This document shows, in pieces, positions 1 to 7,351 of a DNA stretch of 10,345 nt. The stretch spans positions 1 through 10,345 of the forward strand of contig JBHHYI010000148.1 in the NCBI GenBank assembly GCA_046757525.1. The letters run 5' to 3'. The DNA comes from a bacterium (GTDB lineage: Bacteria; Zhuqueibacterota; Zhuqueibacteria; Oceanimicrobiales; Oceanimicrobiaceae). Numbering within the stretch: the stretch's first letter is position 1; each line of letters opens with the position of its first letter. The notes beneath the pieces were generated by a model. The model made no database searches. It was given only the letters and a program-made list of their open reading frames with translations, and had not been told where the DNA came from. Both the position numbers and the translations under genes were made by a program.

Positions 1-2919
1 GATGCCGGCCAGGGCAATCATGCCGATCATGGAGGTGGCGGTGAAAAACGCCCCATGAATCAAATGGCCGGGTACGATTCCTACCAGAGTCAGCGGGATG
101 GCCACCATCATGATCAGCGGCACTTTAAAGGATTGGAACCAGCCGATGATGAGCAAATAGATGACGAGCAGCACCACCCCAAAGGCGACGCCCAAATCGC
201 GAAAGACCTCGTAGGTAATCTGCCATTCGCCGTCCCATTTCATGGCGAGGTTTTCTTCTAAAAAGGGCTGTTTGGTGTAAAGCGGTTTTATGGAATATCC
301 GCCGGGAAGTTTTAGCTTTTCGATTTTTTTGTCCATGGCCAGGATTGCGTAGATGGGACTCTCGGCCTTGCCAGCCACATCGCCCGTGACGTAAACCACG
401 CGCTTGAGATTCTTGCGGTAGATGCTTTTGTCCTCGACTTTCTCGTGCACCGTGACCAAATCGGAAATGGGGATCATCTGGCCGGTCCGCGAATGCACCG
501 AAACGTTGGTCAGGTTTTCAATGGAGGAACGATTTTCCCTGGCCAGGCGCAGTTCGATGGCAACGGGTTCGAGTTCGTTGGGATCGTGCAGCAAGCCCAC
601 GTCCGCGCCGTGCAACGCCATGCGCAGGGTTTGCGCGACCTGCTGCGTGTTCACCCCGGTTAAGGCGGCCTTCTCTTTGTCCACCACCAGGGAGTAGACC
701 ACCTGGTCGTCTTCCACCAGCCAATCCACATCGACCACGCCGGGCGTCTGGTCAAAAATGTCGCGGATTTGTTTGGCTACCTCGATTTGTTGCTGGTAAT
801 CCGGGCCGTACACCTCAGCCACCAGGGTGGAAAGCACCGGCGGGCCGGGGGGCACTTCGGCAATTTTGACCCGGGCCTTGTACTTGCGGGCAATCTCCTG
901 AATGGCCGGTCGCACGCGCTTGGCAATGTCGTGACTCTGGTCGCTGCGCTCGCTTTTGCCGACCAAATTCACCTGGATGTCGGCCATATTGGCCCCGCGG
1001 CGCAGATAATAGTGCCGCACCAGGCCGTTGAAATTGATCGGCGCAGGGGTGCCGACGTAGTACTGGTAATTTGCAACTTCAGGAACCGTGTTGACATAAG
1101 AGACGATCTCTTTGGTGACCAAAGCGGTTTGCTCCAGAGTCGTCCCTTCCGGCATGTCGACGATGACCTGAAATTCGCTCTTATTGTCGAAAGGCAGCAT
1201 CTTGACCTTCACCAACCGGAAGAACAAGAGGCTGACCGCAATCAGCAACAGCAAGGCACTGGCCCCGATGGCCAGCCAGCTTTTCTTAGAGTCTCCCAGC
1301 AGCGGCGTGAGAAACTTGTTGTAAATTCGGTAAATGGGAGATTTTTTCAGATCATATTCGGTTTCTTCGTCGCCATTTTTCAGCAGGCGATACGCCAGCC
1401 AGGGCGTGGCAATAAGCGCAGCCAGCAAGGAAAACAACATGGCAATGGAAGCGCCGATGGGCATGGGACTCATGTAAGGCCCCATCAGGCCGGAGACAAA
1501 CGCCATGGGCAGCACCGAGGCCATGGCCGTAAACGTCGCCAAAATCGTGGGGTTGCCCACTTCGTTGATGGCGGCGATGGCGGCCTGCAAAGGCGGCAGT
1601 TGTCGCATGGTGAAATGGCGGTGAATGTTTTCAGCTACGATGATGGAGTCGTCCACCACGATTCCGGTGACAAAAATCAAAGCAAACAGGGTCACGCGGT
1701 TCAAGGTGTAACCGAACTGGTAATAAACAAACAGGGTCAAGGCGAAGGTAATCGGCACCGTGGCAAACACCACCAGCCCGCCGCGCCAGCCTAAGAACAA
1801 CCCCACCAGCACGGTCACGGCCACGATGGCTATGATGAGATGCTCCAGCAGTTTGTTGACCTTTTCCGAGGCGGTTTCTCCGTAGTTTCTGGTGACCGAA
1901 ACGTGCAGGTCCGCTGGAATCAGCCTTCCTTGCAGGCTCTTGACTTTTTCCAGAATCCTGTCAGCCACGTGCATGGCGTCAGCGCCTTTGCGCTTGGCGA
2001 TGGCAATGGTAACCGCGGGAAAGTCCTGCTGCAAATGGCCGTCGGTTGCTGCAAGTTTTTCGTGCGCGCTCCCCGGCCCGTAGCCGAAAAAGACGTAGTT
2101 CCCCACTTCTTCCGGTCCGTCCTGAATCTCGGTCACATTTTTGAGGTAGACCGGATTGTTGCCGTACACGCCTACCACGAGATTCTTGACATCCTGGACA
2201 TCCGTCAAAAACTCGCCGGTTTTGACAATGAAATCCTGGTTCAAGTTTTGGTAATCGCCGACGGTGATATTCTGGTTTGCGCCTTGAATTTGTTGCGCGA
2301 TTTGCAGAGGGTCGACGTTAAAAGCCCGCAGCCGTGCCTGATCTAAGACGATGCGGACTTTGCGTTTTAAGCCGCCGGTCAAATCCACCTCGCCCACGTC
2401 GTCGATTTTCTTGATCTCCTCGCTCAATTCAGCACCCACCCGCCGCAATTGGTAGCTGTCGTAAGCTTCGCTCCACAGGGTTAAGGTGAGAATGGGCACA
2501 TCGTCGATGGATTTGCTTTTAATCAACGGGAAACGCAGTCCGGGGGGCATCTTGTCCATGTTTTTCATCAACACGGTCCACAGTTTAACCAGACTTTTTT
2601 GCAGATCCTCGCCCACGTAATAACGCACGGTAATCAGGGCAAAATCGGGCCTGGACATGGAGTAAATGTATTCTACCCCTTGAATCTCATTAATGACCTT
2701 CTCCGACGGTTTGGTCACTCGCTCTTCCACTTCTTTAGCACTGCTGCCGGGAAAGGGTACCAGAATGTCCACGAGCGGCACCACAATCTGGGGTTCTTCT
2801 TCCCGGGGCGTCAGGTAAACCGCAAAAATGCCGATTAGAAGGGCTGCGATCATGAGCAGCGGCGTGAGCTTGGAATCGATGAAAGCGTGTGCGATCCTTC
2901 CTGCGATGCCTCCTTTCAT
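1..2919 (-). CDS. RND efflux transporter permease subunit, AcrB/AcrD/AcrF family (C-terminus runs off the left edge)
   Basis: Manual translation of segments in one frame from ATG at 2919: MKGGIAGRIAHAFIDSKLTPLLMIAALLIGIFAVYLTPREEEPQIVVP...; TM4 motif LIFVTGIVVDDSIIVAENIH (DD at 1648-1653, equivalent to the AcrB D407/D408 proton relay); ...KWDGEWQITYEVFRDLGVAFGVVLLVIYLLIIGWFQSF...ATSMIGMIALAGI at the window edge. No stops in the segments checked; 973 codons in window. ATGA overlap with the MFP stop (2916-2919). Confidence 0.95.
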   Translation of the reverse strand, partial: MKGGIAGRIAHAFIDSKLTPLLMIAALLIGIFAVYLTPREEEPQIVVPLVDILVPFPGSSAKEVEERVTKPSEKVINEIQGVEYIYSMSRPDFALITVRYYVGEDLQKSLVKLWTVLMKNMDKMPPGLRFPLIKSKSIDDVPILTLTLWSEAYDSYQLRRVGAELSEEIKKIDDVGEVDLTGGLKRKVRIVLDQARLRAFNVDPLQIAQQIQGANQNITVGDYQNLNQDFIVKTGEFLTDVQDVKNLVVGVYGNNPVYLKNVTEIQDGPEEVGNYVFFGYGPGSAHEKLAATDGHLQQDFPAVTIAIAKRKGADAMHVADRILEKVKSLQGRLIPADLHVSVTRNYGETASEKVNKLLEHLIIAIVAVTVLVGLFLGWRGGLVVFATVPITFALTLFVYYQFGYTLNRVTLFALIFVTGIVVDDSIIVAENIHRHFTMRQLPPLQAAIAAINEVGNPTILATFTAMASVLPMAFVSGLMGPYMSPMPIGASIAMLFSLLAALIATPWLAYRLLKNGDEETEYDLKKSPIYRIYNKFLTPLLGDSKKSWLAIGASALLLLIAVSLLFFRLVKVKMLPFDNKSEFQVIVDMPEGTTLEQTALVTKEIVSYVNTVPEVANYQYYVGTPAPINFNGLVRHYYLRRGANMADIQVNLVGKSERSDQSHDIAKRVRPAIQEIARKYKARVKIAEVPPGPPVLSTLVAEVYGPDYQQQIEVAKQIRDIFDQTPGVVDVDWLVEDDQVVYSLVVDKEKAALTGVNTQQVAQTLRMALHGADVGLLHDPNELEPVAIELRLARENRSSIENLTNVSVHSRTGQMIPISDLVTVHEKVEDKSIYRKNLKRVVYVTGDVAGKAESPIYAILAMDKKIEKLKLPGGYSIKPLYTKQPFLEENLAMKWDGEWQITYEVFRDLGVAFGVVLLVIYLLIIGWFQSFKVPLIMMVAIPLTLVGIVPGHLIHGAFFTATSMIGMIALAGI

Positions 2920-4010
2920 GGCAACACCTCCACATTTTGACCGTCGGTTAAGGTGGACGCACCTTTGACTACGACCCGCTCACCCGGAGACAGTCCCGAC
3001 AGAATTTCAATCCGGTCGTCGGTTGCCCTGCCAGTGCGAATCCACCGCAGGTGCGCCTTGTTGTCCGAATCGACCACGAACAGGCCCTCCAACTGTCCGC
3101 GGCGGAACACGGCCTCCTTGGGGACCAGCAAACTATTTTGGCCGGTCTTGCCGATTCTAATGCGGGCAAACATGCCGGATTTGATCTTGCGGCCCGGGTT
3201 GTCCATGAGCACCTTGACTTCGAATTGACGGCTCATGGGGTCGGCTGCGGGTACGATTTGCTGGATGGTGCCCTGGTAGTTCCGGCCGTTGGTGCCGCTG
3301 TGGGAAGCAGCGATGATCGTGCTCACCGGCATGCCCGTGTGCAAGTCGTGAATGTCCGACTCTGGCACCTTGACCACGATCTTGACCCGGCTCATGTTTT
3401 CCACCTCTAAGATGGGCTGGCCCGGATTGGCCATGTCGCCAGCTTCTACCATTTTTCGGGCCACGACCCCGTCAAACGGCGCCGTGAGGGCGGTGTAGCG
3501 CAACAGCTCTTCCACCTGCTTTTTCATCTGTTCTGCCGCGGCCTTTTTGGCTTTGGCGCTGGCAAAGGCTGTGCGCACATCGTCCAGCTCTTTTTTTGTA
3601 GCCGCCTTTTTCTCGTACAAAGCTTGCACCCTGTGCAAGTTGGTCTGGACGTTTACAAAATACGCCTCGGCTTCGGCGATGGCGGCTTCGGCCTGGGCGC
3701 GTTTGGCTTCAAGATCGCCGCTGCGCAGTTTCACCAACAGTTGTCCCTTGTGCACCGCATCGCCTTCCTGCACGTAGAGTTGGTCGACCCAGCCCATGAT
3801 CTTGGTGGAAAGCCGCACCCGTTCCAGCGGCTGCACCGTGCCGGCATAGGTCACAGTTTCTGCCACAGGTTGAATTTCAACCTGAGCCGTTTTCACGGCT
3901 ACGGCTGTTCCCAGGTCTCTCTCAGGCAACTCCTCGTCCCCACAACTCAGCAGGAACAGGGTTGGCAAAACTAATAACAAGAAACCAGATTTGATTTTTT
4001 TCTCTAACAT
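2916..4010 (-). CDS. RND efflux periplasmic adaptor (membrane fusion protein), predicted lipoprotein
   Basis: 364 aa. N-terminal KK, hydrophobic stretch and lipobox LLSC. Lipoyl-like motifs (GWVDQLYVQEGDAVHKGQLL; LTAPFDGVV...GDMANPGQPI), alanine-rich coiled hairpin, and C-terminal EILSGLSPGERVVVKG. SD-like GAGG upstream. Lies between the TolC and permease genes. Confidence 0.95.
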   Translation of the reverse strand: MLEKKIKSGFLLLVLPTLFLLSCGDEELPERDLGTAVAVKTAQVEIQPVAETVTYAGTVQPLERVRLSTKIMGWVDQLYVQEGDAVHKGQLLVKLRSGDLEAKRAQAEAAIAEAEAYFVNVQTNLHRVQALYEKKAATKKELDDVRTAFASAKAKKAAAEQMKKQVEELLRYTALTAPFDGVVARKMVEAGDMANPGQPILEVENMSRVKIVVKVPESDIHDLHTGMPVSTIIAASHSGTNGRNYQGTIQQIVPAADPMSRQFEVKVLMDNPGRKIKSGMFARIRIGKTGQNSLLVPKEAVFRRGQLEGLFVVDSDNKAHLRWIRTGRATDDRIEILSGLSPGERVVVKGASTLTDGQNVEVLP

Positions 4011-4094
4011 TGCTAACCTCTTCGTTTAGAATTTTGCCATGTTTGTTTTATTTGTAAACCAGGGTCGCAACGAGCACAAACGAGGACGTTTGCG

Positions 4095-5426
4095 TTACGT
4101 GCTTTCACCCAGGGCAAACTGCATTTCGCTGATCGCCACGTTGTAGTCGTGCTTGGCTTTGAGTAGACGCAACCTGGCGTGGGTGAGCGCTACCTCTTTG
4201 TCCAGCAAGTCCGAGGTTTTCTCCAGACCTTCCTTGAAGCGCTCTTCCACGATTCTTAGACTTTCCCGGGCCTGTTCCACAGCGGTCTGTGCTACCTGAA
4301 TGCGCTCTTTGGCGGCCTCTACGGCGCGTTGAGCCTTTCGCATTTCCAATTTAGCCTGTTCCTCAGCTTGCCGCAAGTGGACCTGCGCTTCCTCCACTTG
4401 TGCCTTGGCCTGTTTGGCGCGTCCCCAATGGCCCAGGCCGTCGAACAGTTTCCATTGGAGCTGTACGCCCAGGGCCCAGTTAGAGGCGTTTTTGCTGAAA
4501 GCCTGGGAGGCATTCCACTCCACAGTCCCGAAAGCATTGACACGGGGCAGCCAGCCGCTGCGTTTCATGCCCAGATTGCGCCGTGCTGCCAGGGTTTGGA
4601 AGTGCAGCGCCCGCAGGTCCGAACGGTCTGTCACCTGCGCTTGCCCGTCGAAGTGCGGTTGTGGCTTCTGCGGTACGGTCAGCGTATCCTCAGGCACCAC
4701 CAGTCGCTCATCCTGGATTCCGATCACAAACTTCAAGCCGTCGCTGGCGTTGGCGATGGTGTGTTGCGCCGAGATTTGCTGTTCTTCCAATTCAGCCAGG
4801 CGTACTTTGGCGGCGAGCAGATCCGCTTGCGTGGCCATGCCCTGTTCAAAGGCGGCCCGGGCGTCGTTCAAGTGGCGCCTGGCCGAAGATAGTGCCTCCT
4901 CGATAGCCTGAGCGTTTTCCCGTGCCAGAATCAAACCGTAGTACGCTTTTTTGACCTGCAGATCGACCGCTTCTCTGAAGCGTCTTAGGGATTCTTCCCG
5001 TGCCTTGACCGCCAGGTGGGCCGCCGACTTGCCGTAGATCGCGTCCAGGTTGAGCAGCGGCTGCTGCACCTGGAACGCCGTCGCAAAATTGCCGATGGCG
5101 CTCGGGGAATTCAACTCGTCCAGACTAAAATCTTGCTGCGCGAAAATGCCTTGCTTCAACTTCAAGCTGAACGCGATCACTGGATCGTTGGAGCGGATGT
5201 AATTTTCTGAGAACGTGAATCGCGGCAAGAAGCCACTCCAGCTTTCCAGGTTTTTTCCCTCGGCACCGCCAAGTTGACTCCGGGCGATCTGAAGCTGGTA
5301 GCTGTGCGTCTTGGACAATTCTAAGGCTTCTTTCAAGGACAGGTGGAGTAATTGTCCATTGTGGGCATTCACAGAGTTTAGACTAAAGAAAAACAATACA
5401 ACGAAAATGAATCTATTAATTTGCAT
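4095..5426 (-). CDS. TolC-family outer membrane efflux protein
   Basis: Signal peptide MQINRFIFVVLFFFSLNSVNA. Typical OEP repeats (LSLKEALELS, QVKKAYYGL, WLPRVNAFG, LQWKLFDG, EERFKEGL). Start 5426 preferred over the track start 5450 because GGGAG lies just upstream of 5426. Confidence 0.92.
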   Translation of the reverse strand: MQINRFIFVVLFFFSLNSVNAHNGQLLHLSLKEALELSKTHSYQLQIARSQLGGAEGKNLESWSGFLPRFTFSENYIRSNDPVIAFSLKLKQGIFAQQDFSLDELNSPSAIGNFATAFQVQQPLLNLDAIYGKSAAHLAVKAREESLRRFREAVDLQVKKAYYGLILARENAQAIEEALSSARRHLNDARAAFEQGMATQADLLAAKVRLAELEEQQISAQHTIANASDGLKFVIGIQDERLVVPEDTLTVPQKPQPHFDGQAQVTDRSDLRALHFQTLAARRNLGMKRSGWLPRVNAFGTVEWNASQAFSKNASNWALGVQLQWKLFDGLGHWGRAKQAKAQVEEAQVHLRQAEEQAKLEMRKAQRAVEAAKERIQVAQTAVEQARESLRIVEERFKEGLEKTSDLLDKEVALTHARLRLLKAKHDYNVAISEMQFALGEST

Positions 5427-5692
5427 TTTACTCACTCCCGAGTAATTCATTGAAATCGAATGGATGTAAAAACCATAGCTTCAGATTGTTTATTGGTTTG
5501 TTGCAGAAGTCTGAATAAAGATACATTATTTTCTTGGTTGTAAGAAATTGGTAGGGTTATTCTCACCGCAGCAGCGGATACTGCCACCCAGGTTAGTAAA
5601 TTAAGTGCAGTACCTTGAACCTTGTGTGGGATAGTCTTGAGGAATAAAAGCGTCGAAGTGAGGTGTTGTTGGGGCCCAGTCAGGCTTTAAAG

Positions 5693-6094
5693 TCAGGAGG
5701 ATGATGCCACTAACGACAATGTGCTATTGCTCCAGTTGATTGCGAGGTCGAAATGGCGAAGAAAGTTAAGTCCAAGCAGCCCGTCAAGGCCCGTTTCTTC
5801 TGGAAGATCGTGACAGATGACCATAAGATTCTCAACGGCTTGATCGATTGCCTGGAGTTTTTGAACATTCAGTTCTTGGACTCTTTCAAAGCCACTTCCT
5901 GTTACTATCGATACCTTTTTTGTCGAGGCCTTCAAATTGTAACCTAACCCTTCTAAAATATTGCTACCGATCATTGTAACAGTTGCTCCAGTATCCAGGG
6001 CCAGACGTGTATTGGTAGAGCCAAATGGGCCAAATATTTTGGCACTCAGATAGATGAGGTCTTCTTCAGGATCAAAAGAAACAAGAAATTTCAT
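5693..6094 (-). CDS. Single-domain retropepsin-like (clan AA) aspartyl protease, 133 aa, predicted cytoplasmic
   Basis: Catalytic motif LALDTGATVTMI (Asp codon 5993-5995), flap-like IVTGSG and C-terminal DGLLGLNFL hallmark of retropepsin-like proteases. Start placed at ATG 6094, which overlaps the upstream TGA (ATGA, 6091-6094), rather than track start 6187. No signal peptide. Confidence 0.88.
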   Translation of the reverse strand: MKFLVSFDPEEDLIYLSAKIFGPFGSTNTRLALDTGATVTMIGSNILEGLGYNLKASTKKVSIVTGSGFERVQELNVQKLQAIDQAVENLMVICHDLPEETGLDGLLGLNFLRHFDLAINWSNSTLSLVASSS

Positions 6095-6309
6095 AAAACG
6101 AAAATTTTCCCCTTGATTTTGCCTGTATAACGTATGGCAAGGTTGCCGCGCCTTTTTTTTAATTCCGCGTATATGTCTTTCCTGCATGGGCTATGCGCAA
6201 TGACTTTTCCGGATTTTATTTCAAGCATTTCATTCTCTTCTGGATCTTCTATGAGTACCCACTCATCCCCATAGAATTTGATTATTTCTTCAAAGGTTAA
6301 ACGATTCAT
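6091..6309 (-). CDS. Small hypothetical protein, DUF5678-like (72 aa)
   Basis: MNRLTFEEIIKFYGDEWVLIEDPEENEMLEIKSGKVIAHSPCRKDIYAEL... The Y-x-x-EWV-h-h...G-K-V-I-A-H pattern resembles DUF5678 (recognition from memory, no HMM run). SD AAGGA at 6318-6322; coupled to the protease by an ATGA overlap. Confidence 0.75.
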   Translation of the reverse strand: MNRLTFEEIIKFYGDEWVLIEDPEENEMLEIKSGKVIAHSPCRKDIYAELKKRRGNLAIRYTGKIKGKIFVL

Positions 6310-6335
6310 GATCTAATTCCTTAATTTTGTTGGAA

Positions 6336-6364
6336 AATTTATTGAACAATTAGCAAAAAGTCAA
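6336..6364 (-). promoter_or_regulatory. Putative sigma70-type promoter of the small protein/protease pair
   Basis: Minus strand reads TTGACT (6364-6359), 17 nt, TAAATT (6341-6336), ending about 26 nt upstream of the ATG at 6309. Confidence 0.6.
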
Positions 6365-6376
6365 CAGTTATGTTGA
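6361..6376. promoter_or_regulatory. Inverted repeat TCAACA-gtta-TGTTGA, candidate operator
   Basis: Perfect 6-bp arms with a 4-nt spacer, overlapping the -35 element above, in the divergent intergenic region. Confidence 0.4.
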
Positions 6377-6494
6377 GTTACGATATTGTTAATGGAGCAC
6401 GCGTGTGGCAATTTGAGGAGGGGCCTGAGTATACCGTTGTGCAATCGTTAAAATACCTATTGAACAAGAAAACAATTTTTGTTATTTTAAATTC

Positions 6495-7091
6495 ATGCAG
6501 AAGTCGACCTTAAACACACATCATAACGGTGAATTCCAATTGGTCCAGGCAGCGCAGGCGGGCGACCAACTGGCTTTACGAGAATTGGTTCAAAAATACA
6601 GCGACACGGTTTACGGCTTTGCCTTCAAGGTGTGCCGCAACCAGGAAGATGCCGAAGATACCTTGCAGGAGGCCTTTTTCAACATTTTAAAATCGCTGAA
6701 GTCTTTCAATTACAAATCCAGCTTTTCCACCTGGGTCTACAGAATCGTTTCTAATTCCTGCTTGATGAAGTTTCGCAAAGACAAGCGGGAGCGATGGGAA
6801 TCGTTTGAAGAGATGGAGCGTCCGGAGGAAAGAATCAAAGACAGCTACACGCGCTGGCCTGACACCCCGATGGAGGAAATACTGAATGAGGAGCTCAAAA
6901 GCGCGATGGACCAGGCCATTCTGGATCTGCCTCCCATTTACCGGCTGGTCTTTGTTTTAAAAGACTTAGAGGGCCTGAAGATTGAAGAGGTGGCCAGGTC
7001 GCTAAATATTTCCGTGCCCGCCGCCAAAGCGCGATTGCGTCGAGCTCGCTTGTTTTTACGCGAACGTTTGGAACCCTACCTGGAGGCTTGA
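6495..7091 (+). CDS. ECF (group 4) RNA polymerase sigma-70 factor
   Basis: 198 aa. Region 2: AQAGDQLALRELVQKY...NQEDAEDTLQEAF...FSTWVYRIVSN. Region 4: LPPIYRLVFVLKDLEGLKIEEVARSLNISVPAAKARLRRAR. Confidence 0.95.
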   Translation: MQKSTLNTHHNGEFQLVQAAQAGDQLALRELVQKYSDTVYGFAFKVCRNQEDAEDTLQEAFFNILKSLKSFNYKSSFSTWVYRIVSNSCLMKFRKDKRERWESFEEMERPEERIKDSYTRWPDTPMEEILNEELKSAMDQAILDLPPIYRLVFVLKDLEGLKIEEVARSLNISVPAAKARLRRARLFLRERLEPYLEA

Positions 7092-7316
7092 ATGGACTCA
7101 TCGGCCAAAGAAAGGATTGCTAAGATCTGCGACGAATTGGGCGAAGAGATGGATTCGCCTTCCTGCAAAGCTTTGCGGGCATATGTGCAAGAATGTCCCG
7201 ATTGTGCGGCCTTCGTCGATTCGGTCAAAAAAACCATCACGCTTTATAAGAGTTACACTTCGAAACTCTCCCGGCAAAGCGAACAGAAACTATTTAAAGT
7301 GTTGAATCTAAGGTAA
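7092..7316 (+). CDS. Small soluble anti-sigma factor, zf-HC2/ZAS-like (74 aa)
   Basis: ATG immediately follows the sigma stop; GGAGG SD lies inside the sigma 3' end. Motif Y31-x3-C35-x2-C38 plus C13 and C25, followed by a helix (AFVDSVKKTITLYK). No transmembrane segment. Confidence 0.8.
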   Translation: MDSSAKERIAKICDELGEEMDSPSCKALRAYVQECPDCAAFVDSVKKTITLYKSYTSKLSRQSEQKLFKVLNLR

Positions 7317-7351
7317 TCTCGTTTTGTGCATTTTGTGTAGCGCCTGGGTAC

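Noticed and set aside
769..1794. 341-aa plus-strand ORF (also 55-261, 1840-2346 and 2599-2838)
   Set aside because: Antisense shadows in register with the RND permease codons; no recognisable motifs.
4076..4093. Hairpin GCAAACG-TCCT-CGTTTGT right after the tolC stop
   Set aside because: No U-tract and it lies inside an apparent operon; at most an mRNA-stability element, not called as a terminator.
4329..4911. Several overlapping plus-strand ORFs opposite tolC (likewise those opposite the MFP, cydA and cydB)
   Set aside because: Antisense to well-supported genes, with atypical composition and no motifs.
6095..6187. N-terminal extension of the protease given in the ORF track (164 aa)
   Set aside because: It overlaps the 72-aa gene out of frame; the ATG at 6094 with an ATGA overlap gives a typical domain length.
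6340..6467. Direct repeat TATTGAACAA at 6340-6349 and 6458-6467
   Set aside because: Two copies in very AT-rich DNA, both on the same side of the cassette, so not a target-site duplication; no ECF -10 element at proper spacing.
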